Source: Oscillospiraceae bacterium (GTDB lineage: Bacteria; Bacillota; Clostridia; Oscillospirales; Ruminococcaceae). From it: a stretch of 64,000 nt of DNA. A program made the position numbers and the translations under genes. Positions 28,885-38,272 of the stretch are shown piece by piece (positions within the stretch are counted from its first letter, which is position 1; each line of letters opens with the position of its first letter). The DNA lies in the NCBI GenBank assembly GCA_045628605.1, contig JAZQPR010000262.1, positions 449 to 64,448 on the forward strand, read 5' to 3'. Below the pieces are notes generated by a model. It had not been told where the DNA came from and did no database searches. It saw only the letters and a list, made by a program, of their open reading frames with translations.

Positions 28885-30248
28885 AATTTTATATCCCTCA
28901 TTATTCTGTCAAATTCTTCAGGAAGATTGTTTTTTTCGTTATAGTATTCATAAAGCGGATTCTTTTTGCTGCTGTATTCTTTGAAGAGCTCTGTGTTTTT
29001 ATAGAATTCAAAAAGATACGGCAGCTTTTCGCCTGATGATATTGCTCTGTTTACTGCAGAAGAAACCGCAAAATTCACTTCATCTCTGCTTCCGACACAT
29101 TCAAAAGGTTTTTCATTTGCAATACCGATAAGTTTTTTGAATGTTTCGAGCATTTCGGTATCATCAAACATATTTTTGCCGATTATATCCGATATTTCAT
29201 CCACTGACAGAAAAGGTGAAAGTATAAGGCTTACAAAAAGACATTTTGAACAGTTTCCGCACCATATATCTTTCTTGCTTCCTCTGTTGCAGCTTCTGAA
29301 AATGCTGTGATATTTTTTCAGTCCTGAAAAATATTTTGCGATCTGAAATTCGCTCCAGGGACGAAGAAGACTGAAATAGTGAACACCGGAATCAATATAT
29401 TTTTTTTCATATTCTGCAAAGTCATTTTCAAATTCGAAGCTCTTTGAGTACTGATGATTGACTGTGGAATCCTTTACGGTGCTTTCATTAGCACTTGCTT
29501 CATTTGAAAGAACAACATATTTTTTTGAGTTTATATAGGCTGCAATAACAGCTGAAAATGCAACTATAGCAGAAAAAGGTGTATGACCGTTCAGATAGCC
29601 TTCTGAATTCAGTCTTATCATATTTGCATCAAGGGTACGGGTTGACAGAACAATTGAATCATCTGTAAAACCTGCAGCGTATGCAGACTGATAGATCGAA
29701 TTTCTTCTGTTGATAAGATAGCATGCGTTTTCATCTCTCATCTCGCTGAGAATATTTAATGTTACGATCGAGTCTTTGCCGCCGCCGACCGGAATAAGAC
29801 ATCCTTTAAGCTCTTTTTTTGACGGACCTGTGGCTGAAAGCCCATTCTGATCAGCAGCTGATTCAATTTTCATAAATGATTCAAAGTCAGCATCTATTCC
29901 GTTTATATAGAAAAATTCTCCGAGACCGTTAAAATACTGTGTCTTCCACCATTTTTCCTGATCATCGTCTATGCTTCCGCAAAGTATTCTGACCTTGGGA
30001 GAACATGTTATTTTCCAGTAGCTTATCAGTTCAACCATTCCAAGTGAAAAAACTAGTTTTTTCAGTACCGGATCATCTGTTACCGATTCAGGTGATCCTT
30101 TTTTTATTGTCCATTCCGGTGAAAAACAGGACAGTCCCTGTATTTCAAAATGATATCTGATCATTATCTTTTCTGAATCTTCATTCAGTTCATAGTTTTT
30201 ATACAGAAAAACAGGAAACTGAGATCTGAAAGTATTATAGTTTGACAT
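28878..30248 (-). CDS. PP-loop-like protein coupled to murD (candidate MurL-type epimerase)
   Basis: IPVGGGKDSIVTLNIL resembles the SGGxDS PP-loop. CGNCSKCLF motif. 456 aa. The function is inferred from context only. Confidence 0.4.
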   Translation of the reverse strand: MSNYNTFRSQFPVFLYKNYELNEDSEKIMIRYHFEIQGLSCFSPEWTIKKGSPESVTDDPVLKKLVFSLGMVELISYWKITCSPKVRILCGSIDDDQEKWWKTQYFNGLGEFFYINGIDADFESFMKIESAADQNGLSATGPSKKELKGCLIPVGGGKDSIVTLNILSEMRDENACYLINRRNSIYQSAYAAGFTDDSIVLSTRTLDANMIRLNSEGYLNGHTPFSAIVAFSAVIAAYINSKKYVVLSNEASANESTVKDSTVNHQYSKSFEFENDFAEYEKKYIDSGVHYFSLLRPWSEFQIAKYFSGLKKYHSIFRSCNRGSKKDIWCGNCSKCLFVSLILSPFLSVDEISDIIGKNMFDDTEMLETFKKLIGIANEKPFECVGSRDEVNFAVSSAVNRAISSGEKLPYLFEFYKNTELFKEYSSKKNPLYEYYNEKNNLPEEFDRIMRDIKLC

Positions 30249-30579
30249 TATATAACCTCTTGTGATATATTATAATTGGTAATGCTTAATAAATTTGTCT
30301 GAAAAAATCGCATTAACTCTTCTATTATATAATATTATCTTAATGATTGTCAATAAAAATTAACAAATAACCTTAATGTTTACCTGATTAAATATACGGA
30401 ATTCCTTTATTTTAAGGCTTTTTTTGTTTTGCCATATATTGTGTTTGCTAATTTGACATTTTATACATCAGACTGTTTTATCATATTTTTATATATTGTC
30501 TATAATTACAAAAATATAACAAGCTTGTCGATATTAATGTGCATACCGATAGAAAAAATGAACAATTTTTTTAGAAATA

Positions 30580-30609
30580 TTGACTAGGCAGAAAAATATA
30601 TGATATAAT
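30580..30609 (+). promoter_or_regulatory. Promoter of the biosynthetic operon
   Basis: TTGACT, 18 nt, TGaTATAAT. Confidence 0.55.
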
Positions 30610-30640
30610 ACATAACAGCATATGGAAAATATGTGGTGAA

Positions 30641-31624
30641 TTGATAGTCAGAAAAATATATTATCAAGAAGAAATGGGGGCTTATGAACAAATGCCGGGA
30701 GATATTAAAAAAAGGGCATTTTTGTTTCAGGGTGTAGGAAGCGACATTGGAAGATCACTTAAAATGTTTAACAGTGATCAGCTGAATTATTTTAAGACTC
30801 TTTGTGAACAGGCGTCGGAACATTTGAATATTAATCTTCTCAGATATCAGGAAAACAAAGAAAGTACCGGTTATCTTCAGCAAAAATTTATTGAATGGGC
30901 GCTTACCGGATTATGTGACTGTACAGTATTTCATTCCTGTGTTGAATCAGGGATAGTACCTGATTATATCTGCGGTTACAGCCTTGGACTCAACAATGCC
31001 ATTTTTTGTGCCGGTTCAATCAGTCTTGAAGATTCTCTGGATATACTGTATGGTGTGGTCAGATGCATTTATGAAGCAGAGAAAATTCAGGACATCAGTT
31101 ATGATATGGGCATCATAATAGGTCTGGAAGCTGAAACAGTCAGCAGTATAATGACTACATTAAATATTGAAGACCGTGTTATGATCGCAAGTGAAAACTC
31201 AGAATATTTTATTGTAATTTCTGGTTATCAGGATGATGTTCAGCTTGTTCTGGACGCTGCTGCTGAGGAAGGTGCTCTAAAGTCATTTAAGCTTGGTGTA
31301 GCTTTTCCTTTTCACAGTTCGATTCTTGAAAGCTGTTCTTCTCCGTATTTTAAAAATATTAATGATATTACATTTTACGACTGCAAAACTCCGGTTGTTT
31401 CGATTTATGATCAGAGAATTCTGACAAAAGCAGAAGATATTCATAAAGAACAGCTGAGAAATTTTCTTGAGATGATGCACTGGAGAACGTCCATGGAATA
31501 TCTGGAATGTATAGGAGTTACGGATTTTTGGGATATGAGTGCTACAGGGGCTATGAAGAAATCCACTGTTCTGACGAGTGGCGATTCTTCTTTTAAAACA
31601 ATTAAAACATTAAACAAATTATAA
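30641..31624 (+). CDS. Discrete acyltransferase (FabD/malonyl-CoA:ACP transacylase fold)
   Basis: AFLFQGVGSD, nucleophile elbow GYSLG, FPFHSS. The start is uncertain (TTG 30641 or ATG 30674). Confidence 0.8.
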   Translation: MIVRKIYYQEEMGAYEQMPGDIKKRAFLFQGVGSDIGRSLKMFNSDQLNYFKTLCEQASEHLNINLLRYQENKESTGYLQQKFIEWALTGLCDCTVFHSCVESGIVPDYICGYSLGLNNAIFCAGSISLEDSLDILYGVVRCIYEAEKIQDISYDMGIIIGLEAETVSSIMTTLNIEDRVMIASENSEYFIVISGYQDDVQLVLDAAAEEGALKSFKLGVAFPFHSSILESCSSPYFKNINDITFYDCKTPVVSIYDQRILTKAEDIHKEQLRNFLEMMHWRTSMEYLECIGVTDFWDMSATGAMKKSTVLTSGDSSFKTIKTLNKL

Positions 31625-31644
31625 TATTTTGGAGGATTTATAAT

Positions 31645-31950
31645 ATGAAAACATTAACAGAAGAAATAAAAGCAGAGCTTAGAACAATGATCTTTGAATA
31701 CTTTGCAGATGAATGCGAAACAGATATTGATGAATTAAGCGATGAAACAAATGTTATGGATGAACTCGACGCTGATTCATTAATGGTTGTTGAACTTATC
31801 GAAGCTGCAAAGAAAAAATATGATCTTAACATTAAGCTTCAGACAGTAGGAAAATTCCTTTTAAAGAATCCTGCTGAAACACTCGGCGAAATTGTTGATC
31901 TGTTCAATAAGCTCTATATCTACGAAGACGATATAATCAACGAGGCTTAA
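31645..31950 (+). CDS. Acyl carrier protein 1
   Basis: 101 aa, acidic, phosphopantetheine site DADSLMVVEL. Confidence 0.85.
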   Translation: MKTLTEEIKAELRTMIFEYFADECETDIDELSDETNVMDELDADSLMVVELIEAAKKKYDLNIKLQTVGKFLLKNPAETLGEIVDLFNKLYIYEDDIINEA

Positions 31951-31952
31951 TA

Positions 31953-32666
31953 ATGGCAGAAAATGAAATTCAATCAGGAATTTCAATTTTATCAGTTAAA
32001 GACAGTACGGGAATTGTTGAGATTTTCAGTGATAAGAAAAATCACATCACAATTCCCGAATTTGTAGATATAAATATATTGGAAAAATGGATAACAGATA
32101 ATAAATTAAAATCCGTTATCATTACCGGAAGAGGCAGACATTTTTCAAACGGTGCTGATTTTTCACTGATAGAAAATTCCGAAGATTCAATAGACGAGCT
32201 TTTTGAAAGAATTCAAAAAGGAAGAGAACTTCTGAATGTTATAGAAAAACTGCCTGTAGTTACTGCTGCAGCTATAAACGGCTCATGTTTCGGTGCCGGT
32301 CTTGAAATTGCATTATCATGTAACTTCAGAATCTGTTCTCAAAAATCTTTTTTTGCTTTGCCTGAAGCATCACGCGGAATAATTCCGGGGCTTAACGGAG
32401 TGGAAAGACTTTCACATCTTTGCGGAAGAAGAAAAGCAATACAGATAGCATTGTCAGGCGAAATGTTAAATCCTGAAGATGCTTTGAATGCAGGAATTGT
32501 TGATATGATCTCTGAAGAACCTCTGGAAGCAGCTTTAAAGTTTGTTCAGGAACTGACTGATAACAAAACGGTTCATCAGGTTTCAGCGATTGCAAATGCA
32601 TCTGATATGAGGTCAGATCCAAAGGATTTTGTAAATGCAGTAAAAGAGATGATTTCAAATGGTTAG
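31953..32666 (+). CDS. Enoyl-CoA hydratase/isomerase (crotonase) family protein 1
   Basis: GRGRHFSNGADF, NGSCFGAGLEIAL, LPEASRGIIPG. Confidence 0.85.
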   Translation: MAENEIQSGISILSVKDSTGIVEIFSDKKNHITIPEFVDINILEKWITDNKLKSVIITGRGRHFSNGADFSLIENSEDSIDELFERIQKGRELLNVIEKLPVVTAAAINGSCFGAGLEIALSCNFRICSQKSFFALPEASRGIIPGLNGVERLSHLCGRRKAIQIALSGEMLNPEDALNAGIVDMISEEPLEAALKFVQELTDNKTVHQVSAIANASDMRSDPKDFVNAVKEMISNG

Positions 32667-33051
32667 TATTTATAATGTTACTGCAGAAGGAACGGATCTT
32701 GACTCTTATGGCCATGTTAATAATTCAGTATATTTAAAATATATTGAAAATGCAAGATGGCATTTTTTTAAGAGCAAAGGATTTCTGGAAAGAATTCTTG
32801 ATGCAGGCATGTTTATTGTTGTACTTGAAACTACAATAAGATATGTAAATGAGATAAAAATTTTTGACGAGATAGAGATTAAAACGGAATGGTCATGTGA
32901 AGGAGAAATTGTTATCAACACTCACAGACTGACTGACAGAAAAACCGGAAAATTGTTTGCAAAAGCAAAATCAAGACTTGCTTTTGTTACAAATGAACGT
33001 TTGATATGCGATATTCCGGAGGATGTAAAAAAAGAAATAGAAGGGGCATGA
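32659..33051 (+). CDS. Hotdog-fold acyl thioesterase (4HBT/YbgC-like)
   Basis: YGHVNNSVYLKYIENARWHFF. 130 aa. Confidence 0.8.
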   Translation: MVSIYNVTAEGTDLDSYGHVNNSVYLKYIENARWHFFKSKGFLERILDAGMFIVVLETTIRYVNEIKIFDEIEIKTEWSCEGEIVINTHRLTDRKTGKLFAKAKSRLAFVTNERLICDIPEDVKKEIEGA

Positions 33052-33665
33052 TTTTTTTGGATTTCAATTACCTGTTCAAATGTAAAACAGATTTTTGTGA
33101 CTGTGACTTTGATCAGCTTGAAAAACAGCTTATAAAAGCCGTTGATGACGGCTGTGATTTTATATTATTCAGATTTAATTCCTCAGTACAGATCTTTCCT
33201 TCAAAGGATTACCTGAAGAAGCTAAATACTCTTTTTTCCGAATTACCTGCAGTAAAAGTTATTGCCGGTGAAGATTACAGTAATATAAGTCCTGAACTTA
33301 TGCTGATGTTTGATATCAGACTTGGAATGAATGAGTATAAGTGGAATGAAGGTGCCGTTTGTACTGAGGATTTTGTGTATAATTTTGATGAGCGAACAAA
33401 ACTTTTATTCGGCGAATCAGCATCAGAGATCTCAGTTCGTTCAGACATTGTTGTGCGAACACCTTTCAGTGAAAATGAAACTGATTTTGATGAATTTCTT
33501 GATAAATACTTTAAAAAAATAATAGGAGAAAAAAGCAGGGAACAGCTGGATGCGATAAAACAGTGTATGTCTCATGTAAAATCTGCTGATTTTGATGAAA
33601 ATGCGTTGTTTAAAGAAGAATCACTCTGTTTCTCAAAGCTGATAATTAAAAAAAATGAAAATTGA
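33048..33665 (+). CDS. Hypothetical protein, possibly a degenerate crotonase-fold protein
   Basis: ATGA overlap with the upstream stop. FILFRFNSS...VKVIAGEDYSNISPELMLMFDIRLG follows crotonase spacing but lacks the glycine-rich oxyanion segment. Confidence 0.5.
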   Translation: MIFLDFNYLFKCKTDFCDCDFDQLEKQLIKAVDDGCDFILFRFNSSVQIFPSKDYLKKLNTLFSELPAVKVIAGEDYSNISPELMLMFDIRLGMNEYKWNEGAVCTEDFVYNFDERTKLLFGESASEISVRSDIVVRTPFSENETDFDEFLDKYFKKIIGEKSREQLDAIKQCMSHVKSADFDENALFKEESLCFSKLIIKKNEN

Positions 33666-34353
33666 ATTTGAATCATTGGATCTTGAGATCACAGACGGTA
33701 CTGCAGTTATTTCCATGCACGCTCCTATGTCAAACAAAATGACAACATTGTTCATCAATGATTATATAAAAGCTTGCAGCGAATGTATAAATGCAGCACC
33801 AAACGGACTGATTATTACAGGCGGAAAGCGCTTCAGTACAGGTGCTGATGTTGATCAGCTTACTGAATCATTTATAAGTCAGACTGTTACTGACAGCGAA
33901 GGAAATGTCATTAAAGTTCCTGAGGAACATGTTTTAAACAAAAAGATTTTTACATCCTTATGGAATGTAAAATTTCCGGTCATCAGTGCGATCGGAGGTT
34001 TCTGCATAGGCTCCGGATGTGAAATTGCCTTAAGCTCACATTTCAGAGTGTGCGAGGCAAATGCAACCATCGGACTTCCTGAATCAACGTTCGGATTGCT
34101 TCCGGGTATGGGCGGAATTGCTCGTTCAAGTCAGATCTCAGGACTTTCAAGAGCACTTGAAATAGTGTATTCCGGTGAAATGTATTCTGCAGAGGAAGCA
34201 TACAGATTAGGACTCGCAGATATCGTTACTCCTAAAAAAGAAAGCTTTGATACTTCTGTTAAGCTCATGAATTTTATTCTGAGCCAGGGTGAGTATAAAA
34301 AAGCTGATAAAACAGAATACCTTAGAAAATTTCAAGAGGTGACCATTAATTAA
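33655..34353 (+). CDS. Enoyl-CoA hydratase/isomerase (crotonase) family protein 2
   Basis: GGKRFSTGADV, GGFCIGSGCEIAL, LPESTFGLLPG. Confidence 0.85.
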   Translation: MKIEFESLDLEITDGTAVISMHAPMSNKMTTLFINDYIKACSECINAAPNGLIITGGKRFSTGADVDQLTESFISQTVTDSEGNVIKVPEEHVLNKKIFTSLWNVKFPVISAIGGFCIGSGCEIALSSHFRVCEANATIGLPESTFGLLPGMGGIARSSQISGLSRALEIVYSGEMYSAEEAYRLGLADIVTPKKESFDTSVKLMNFILSQGEYKKADKTEYLRKFQEVTIN

Positions 34354-35501
34354 TGAAAATCGGATTGATCGGAAACGGAAAAATGGGAAAAGAGATTTTT
34401 TGGTTCTTTTTCAATGATTCAAATTATCTCAAAGTAGCATGCGTCGAGGGCGCAGAAGAATTCAAGGCTCTGATTGAAAAAAATCTCAGAAAAATGAATA
34501 AAAGAGGAACACTTTCAGATGCAGAGCTTGAAGAAAAACTCAACAGCTTTGAAGTTTCATATGATTTTAATATCCTTTCTGACTGTGATCTTGTCATTGA
34601 AGCGATTTTTGAAAATGAAGACCTTAAAGCAGATGTTTTTTCAAAAGTTGAGAAAATTGTATCTGACAAATGTATTCTGGTTACAAACACTTCTTCGATC
34701 CCGCTCGGTAAAGTATTTTCAAAATGTGAAAATAAATCCAGATGCGTAGGAATGCATTTTTTCTATCCGGTTAAGCTTTCAGGTTTTATTGAACTTAATA
34801 CTGAAGAATTCACTTCAGAAGATACAGAAAAAATCATTTCTTCTCTTATTGAAAAGGGCGATAAAAAAACAGTCAGATTTTCCGGAAATTACAATATGTA
34901 TCTTAATAAGGTTATTTCTATTGCAGTTTCTCACTCATTGTTATGGAAAGATAAAAATAATTATTCTTATTCCGAAATCAATGATATTCTAGAAAACAGA
35001 TTCATGACATATTCAGCGTTTACAATGGTTGATTCTGTCGGAATCGGCATTATAAGTACAAGCAACGTATATTTTTCTGATGAAAGATGTAAATACCTGC
35101 TTGATATTTCCGGAAGTGCTTTTAAAGAACTGGCTGATGCCGGATGCGGTAAAGGTCCCGGATGCTTTATGGACTTTGTGACAGGCAGAGAAAAGGATAA
35201 GGAGATATCCGGTGACAGCGAAAAGGAAAATGATCTTCTTCTTTCATTGTCTGCACTGCTCTTAAATGATATTGTAGGTGCCTGTCTTAATTCGGGAACC
35301 GACAGTTCCTCACTGAAAAAAGCTGTTGAAGATGTTCTTAATCTTTCAAATCAGTTTGACGATCTTTATGCCGGATTTGGCTATGACAATATTTCTGCTT
35401 GTTTGTCAGAATATTATAACGACACAAAGTGTTTGATATACAAACCATATTCAAGAGAAGAATTTGAATTAATATATGCAAAAAAAGGAGAGGTAAAATG
35501 A
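34353..35501 (+). CDS. 3-hydroxyacyl-CoA dehydrogenase family protein
   Basis: Rossmann IGLIGNGKMGKEI, TNTSSIPL, HFFYPV. TAATG overlap with the upstream gene. Confidence 0.82.
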   Translation: MKIGLIGNGKMGKEIFWFFFNDSNYLKVACVEGAEEFKALIEKNLRKMNKRGTLSDAELEEKLNSFEVSYDFNILSDCDLVIEAIFENEDLKADVFSKVEKIVSDKCILVTNTSSIPLGKVFSKCENKSRCVGMHFFYPVKLSGFIELNTEEFTSEDTEKIISSLIEKGDKKTVRFSGNYNMYLNKVISIAVSHSLLWKDKNNYSYSEINDILENRFMTYSAFTMVDSVGIGIISTSNVYFSDERCKYLLDISGSAFKELADAGCGKGPGCFMDFVTGREKDKEISGDSEKENDLLLSLSALLLNDIVGACLNSGTDSSSLKKAVEDVLNLSNQFDDLYAGFGYDNISACLSEYYNDTKCLIYKPYSREEFELIYAKKGEVK

Positions 35502-36721
35502 AAAAGAAAGTAGTTGTAACAGGTATGGGAATGGTTTCCGCACTTGGTGCAAATGTTGCTGAAAACTGGGACAATCTTGTAAAAGGAAAATCAGGTATTA
35601 CGCCGATCTCAATAATCGACGCTTCAGTGCTTGACACTCAGATAGCTGCTCAGGCAGATGACAAATTTGAGGATTTTGTAAATGAAAGGATCCAGAAGCG
35701 TCAGCGTAAACAAATGACACGTACAGTCAGAATGTGGATGGCTTCCGCAATTGAAGCTGTAGAAGATTCAAAGATCGATTTTGAAAATTATGACTGTACA
35801 AAGGCCGGCGTTATTGTTGGTCTGATCGATACTTCAATGAAAGAAGAGGAAAGGGCTATTTCCGAATCTCATATTATTGTTCGTAACATGCCTAACTCAG
35901 CTCCGGCGTGGGTTTCAATGAAATATGGTCTTAAAGGACCGAGCTTTAATCTTTCAACTGCCTGTGCCTCTGCTGCTTATGCTGTCAGTGTGGCTTCACA
36001 GATGATCGAAAGCGGGATCTGTGACATGTTTGTTGTAGGCGGTGTGGGTTCTTCCATAAACTATGATCAGCTTCACGGATTTAATCAGATCATGGCAATG
36101 TCTGCAAATAATGACAATCCATCCACAGCATGCTGTCCTTTTTCAAAAAGACGTGACGGTTTTGTTCTGGGTGAAGGTGCAGGTGCACTTGTTCTTGAGT
36201 CTGAAGAATCAGCAAAAAGAAGAAATGCAAAAATATACTGTGAGCTGTCAGGCTATGCAATGACAGAGGAAGCATGTGATATTACTGCTCCTCAGGCTGA
36301 CGGTGTCGGAATGGCTGAGTGTATGAAGAAAGCTCTTGATTCTGCCGGAATTACCACAGATGATGTTGATTATATAAACGCTCACGGAACATCAACCTAT
36401 CTTAACGATAAGTATGAGACAATGGCTATAAAGTCTGTTTTCGGAGATAAGGCATATAAGATACCGGTTTCATCCACAAAGTCAATGCTTGGACACGGAC
36501 TGGCTGCGAGCGGTGCCTTTGAAGCAATTACAACGATCTTATCCATCAATAACGGTATTATAACACCAACCATAAATTATGATGATCCTGATCCGGAACT
36601 GGATCTTGACTATGTTCCGAACACAGCGAGAAAAGCAGAGATAAATACTGCTATTTCAAATTCATTCGGATTTGGCGGACATAATGCTACACTCGTATTT
36701 TCAAAATATAAGGAGGGTTGA
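35498..36721 (+). CDS. Beta-ketoacyl synthase (FabF/KAS II-like, Cys-His-His)
   Basis: STACASAAYA (Cys), AHGTST (His), KSMLGHGLAASG (His), FGFGGHNATLVF. ATGA overlap upstream. Confidence 0.9.
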   Translation: MKKKVVVTGMGMVSALGANVAENWDNLVKGKSGITPISIIDASVLDTQIAAQADDKFEDFVNERIQKRQRKQMTRTVRMWMASAIEAVEDSKIDFENYDCTKAGVIVGLIDTSMKEEERAISESHIIVRNMPNSAPAWVSMKYGLKGPSFNLSTACASAAYAVSVASQMIESGICDMFVVGGVGSSINYDQLHGFNQIMAMSANNDNPSTACCPFSKRRDGFVLGEGAGALVLESEESAKRRNAKIYCELSGYAMTEEACDITAPQADGVGMAECMKKALDSAGITTDDVDYINAHGTSTYLNDKYETMAIKSVFGDKAYKIPVSSTKSMLGHGLAASGAFEAITTILSINNGIITPTINYDDPDPELDLDYVPNTARKAEINTAISNSFGFGGHNATLVFSKYKEG

Positions 36722-36722
36722 T

Positions 36723-37064
36723 ATGCCGGTTATTCAGTACAGTTCAAATTATCATTTCAAGAATGATGAGATCAATGAAGTAGCAGGAAAATTTACGGAA
36801 CTTGCTTCAAAAGTTCTTGAAAAACCACTTCCTGCAGTTATGTTTATGCACAGTGAAATGGAAATGTATAAAGCAGGAAATGACGATATCTGCGGATATG
36901 TTGAATTCAAATATGTTGGCAGCGCATCTTCTGAACAGAAAACCCAGCTTTGTGACGGAGCACTTGAAATTCTCACAGAATATACAAAAGTTGATCCTCA
37001 CAGAGTATATATTAATATAATAGAAAATCCCAGGGAAAATGCCTGGAAGTATACGAAAAAATAA
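36723..37064 (+). CDS. MIF/tautomerase-superfamily-like protein
   Basis: Starts MPVIQ (Pro at position 2 after Met) following AGGAGGG. DPHRVYINIIE parallels the MIF C-terminal motif. ~113 aa. Confidence 0.55.
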   Translation: MPVIQYSSNYHFKNDEINEVAGKFTELASKVLEKPLPAVMFMHSEMEMYKAGNDDICGYVEFKYVGSASSEQKTQLCDGALEILTEYTKVDPHRVYINIIENPRENAWKYTKK

Positions 37065-37091
37065 CTATTGAACATCTAAAGGAGTTTTATT

Positions 37092-38225
37092 ATGCAGTGG
37101 TCTATCAGAACCTTACTTAATCCAGTAATGGTAAGAAGTTTAATTTACGGAGTAAATCCTATCGATCTTGAATATGTTCTCAGCAAGGTTGAGAGTGTTC
37201 CTCTTATGAGCGGAAAGGCTCTTGAAAAAGCATGGCTTGAACAGTGGAATGCAAAATCTGACAAGTTTATGAAGTCAGCAGCCGAAGCAGAAAAAAAAGG
37301 AAACAAAATAACAGCACGTGAAATGTACAGACTTGCTTCACAGTGTGACTATGCAAGCTATCTTATAAATTCAGATGATATCGAAGGCAAGAAAGTAGTT
37401 TATAAAAGACTTGAAAACAGCTACAGAAAGCTTACAGAAAATTTTGAAACAGAGACAAAATATACAGAGATACCTTTCCGTGACGGAAAAGTACTTCCTT
37501 CATATATTCATTATCCTGATCAGTCAAAATTTACAGCACCTTATCCTGTTGCTGTAATTTTCGCAGGTCTTGGCAGCAGTAAGGAAGAGTTAAACACACT
37601 TTCAAGACCGCTTGTAGACAGAGGCGTTGCTGTAGTTGCATGTGACCAGCCCGGAACAGGTGCTGCTCTGTTTGATTATGACATTAAACTTACAGCAGAT
37701 GAATTACTCCTGTCATTTGAGAAAATTATGGAGTATATCTCAGGTGACAGTAAGCTTGACAATTCACGTATCTGTTCATATGGTTTATGTATGGGCGGTG
37801 GATATGCATACAAATTTGCTTCAAGCTATGAAAATGTTAAATGCTGCGTAAATCTTTTCCCGCTGTTTATCGGAAAAATTACACCTGATAAGCTTCCGAG
37901 ATGGATGAAATCAGGAAAATGGGCTGATTTCCAGTCAGGAAAATATGAAAAGGAAGAAGATTACTACAACCAGATGGCAGTTCTTGAAGAAGGTGCTGTA
38001 AACTGTGATTATCTTCTTGCTCATGGACAGTATGACAACTGGATGGGACCTGAAGCATGCGAACATATGTTTGACAAGGCAACAGGATTTAAAGAAAAAA
38101 TGGTTATGGAAGAACCTCCTGTATTTTCAACAAAAGAAGCTATTACACATACAATGCCTGTAGGCGAACAGATGCACTGGCTTAAACATGATGTTTCAGA
38201 CTGGATCGTTGAACATCTTAAATAA
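37092..38225 (+). CDS. Alpha/beta hydrolase with N-terminal helical domain; Cys at the nucleophile elbow
   Basis: VAVIFAGLGSSKEEL and G-L-C-M-G (SYGLCMGGGYA) in place of GxSxG. Confidence 0.7.
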   Translation: MQWSIRTLLNPVMVRSLIYGVNPIDLEYVLSKVESVPLMSGKALEKAWLEQWNAKSDKFMKSAAEAEKKGNKITAREMYRLASQCDYASYLINSDDIEGKKVVYKRLENSYRKLTENFETETKYTEIPFRDGKVLPSYIHYPDQSKFTAPYPVAVIFAGLGSSKEELNTLSRPLVDRGVAVVACDQPGTGAALFDYDIKLTADELLLSFEKIMEYISGDSKLDNSRICSYGLCMGGGYAYKFASSYENVKCCVNLFPLFIGKITPDKLPRWMKSGKWADFQSGKYEKEEDYYNQMAVLEEGAVNCDYLLAHGQYDNWMGPEACEHMFDKATGFKEKMVMEEPPVFSTKEAITHTMPVGEQMHWLKHDVSDWIVEHLK

Positions 38226-38272
38226 GAACAAAAATTGGAATGAATGTTTTTTTTATTTTATGAAAGGTAGAG

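Noticed and set aside
36672-36722. The upstream alternative start extending the MIF-like ORF into the ketosynthase gene.
   Set aside because: ATG 36723 has a perfect AGGAGGG RBS and yields the family-typical Met-Pro N-terminus. The extension overlaps the ketosynthase 3' end by 50 nt.
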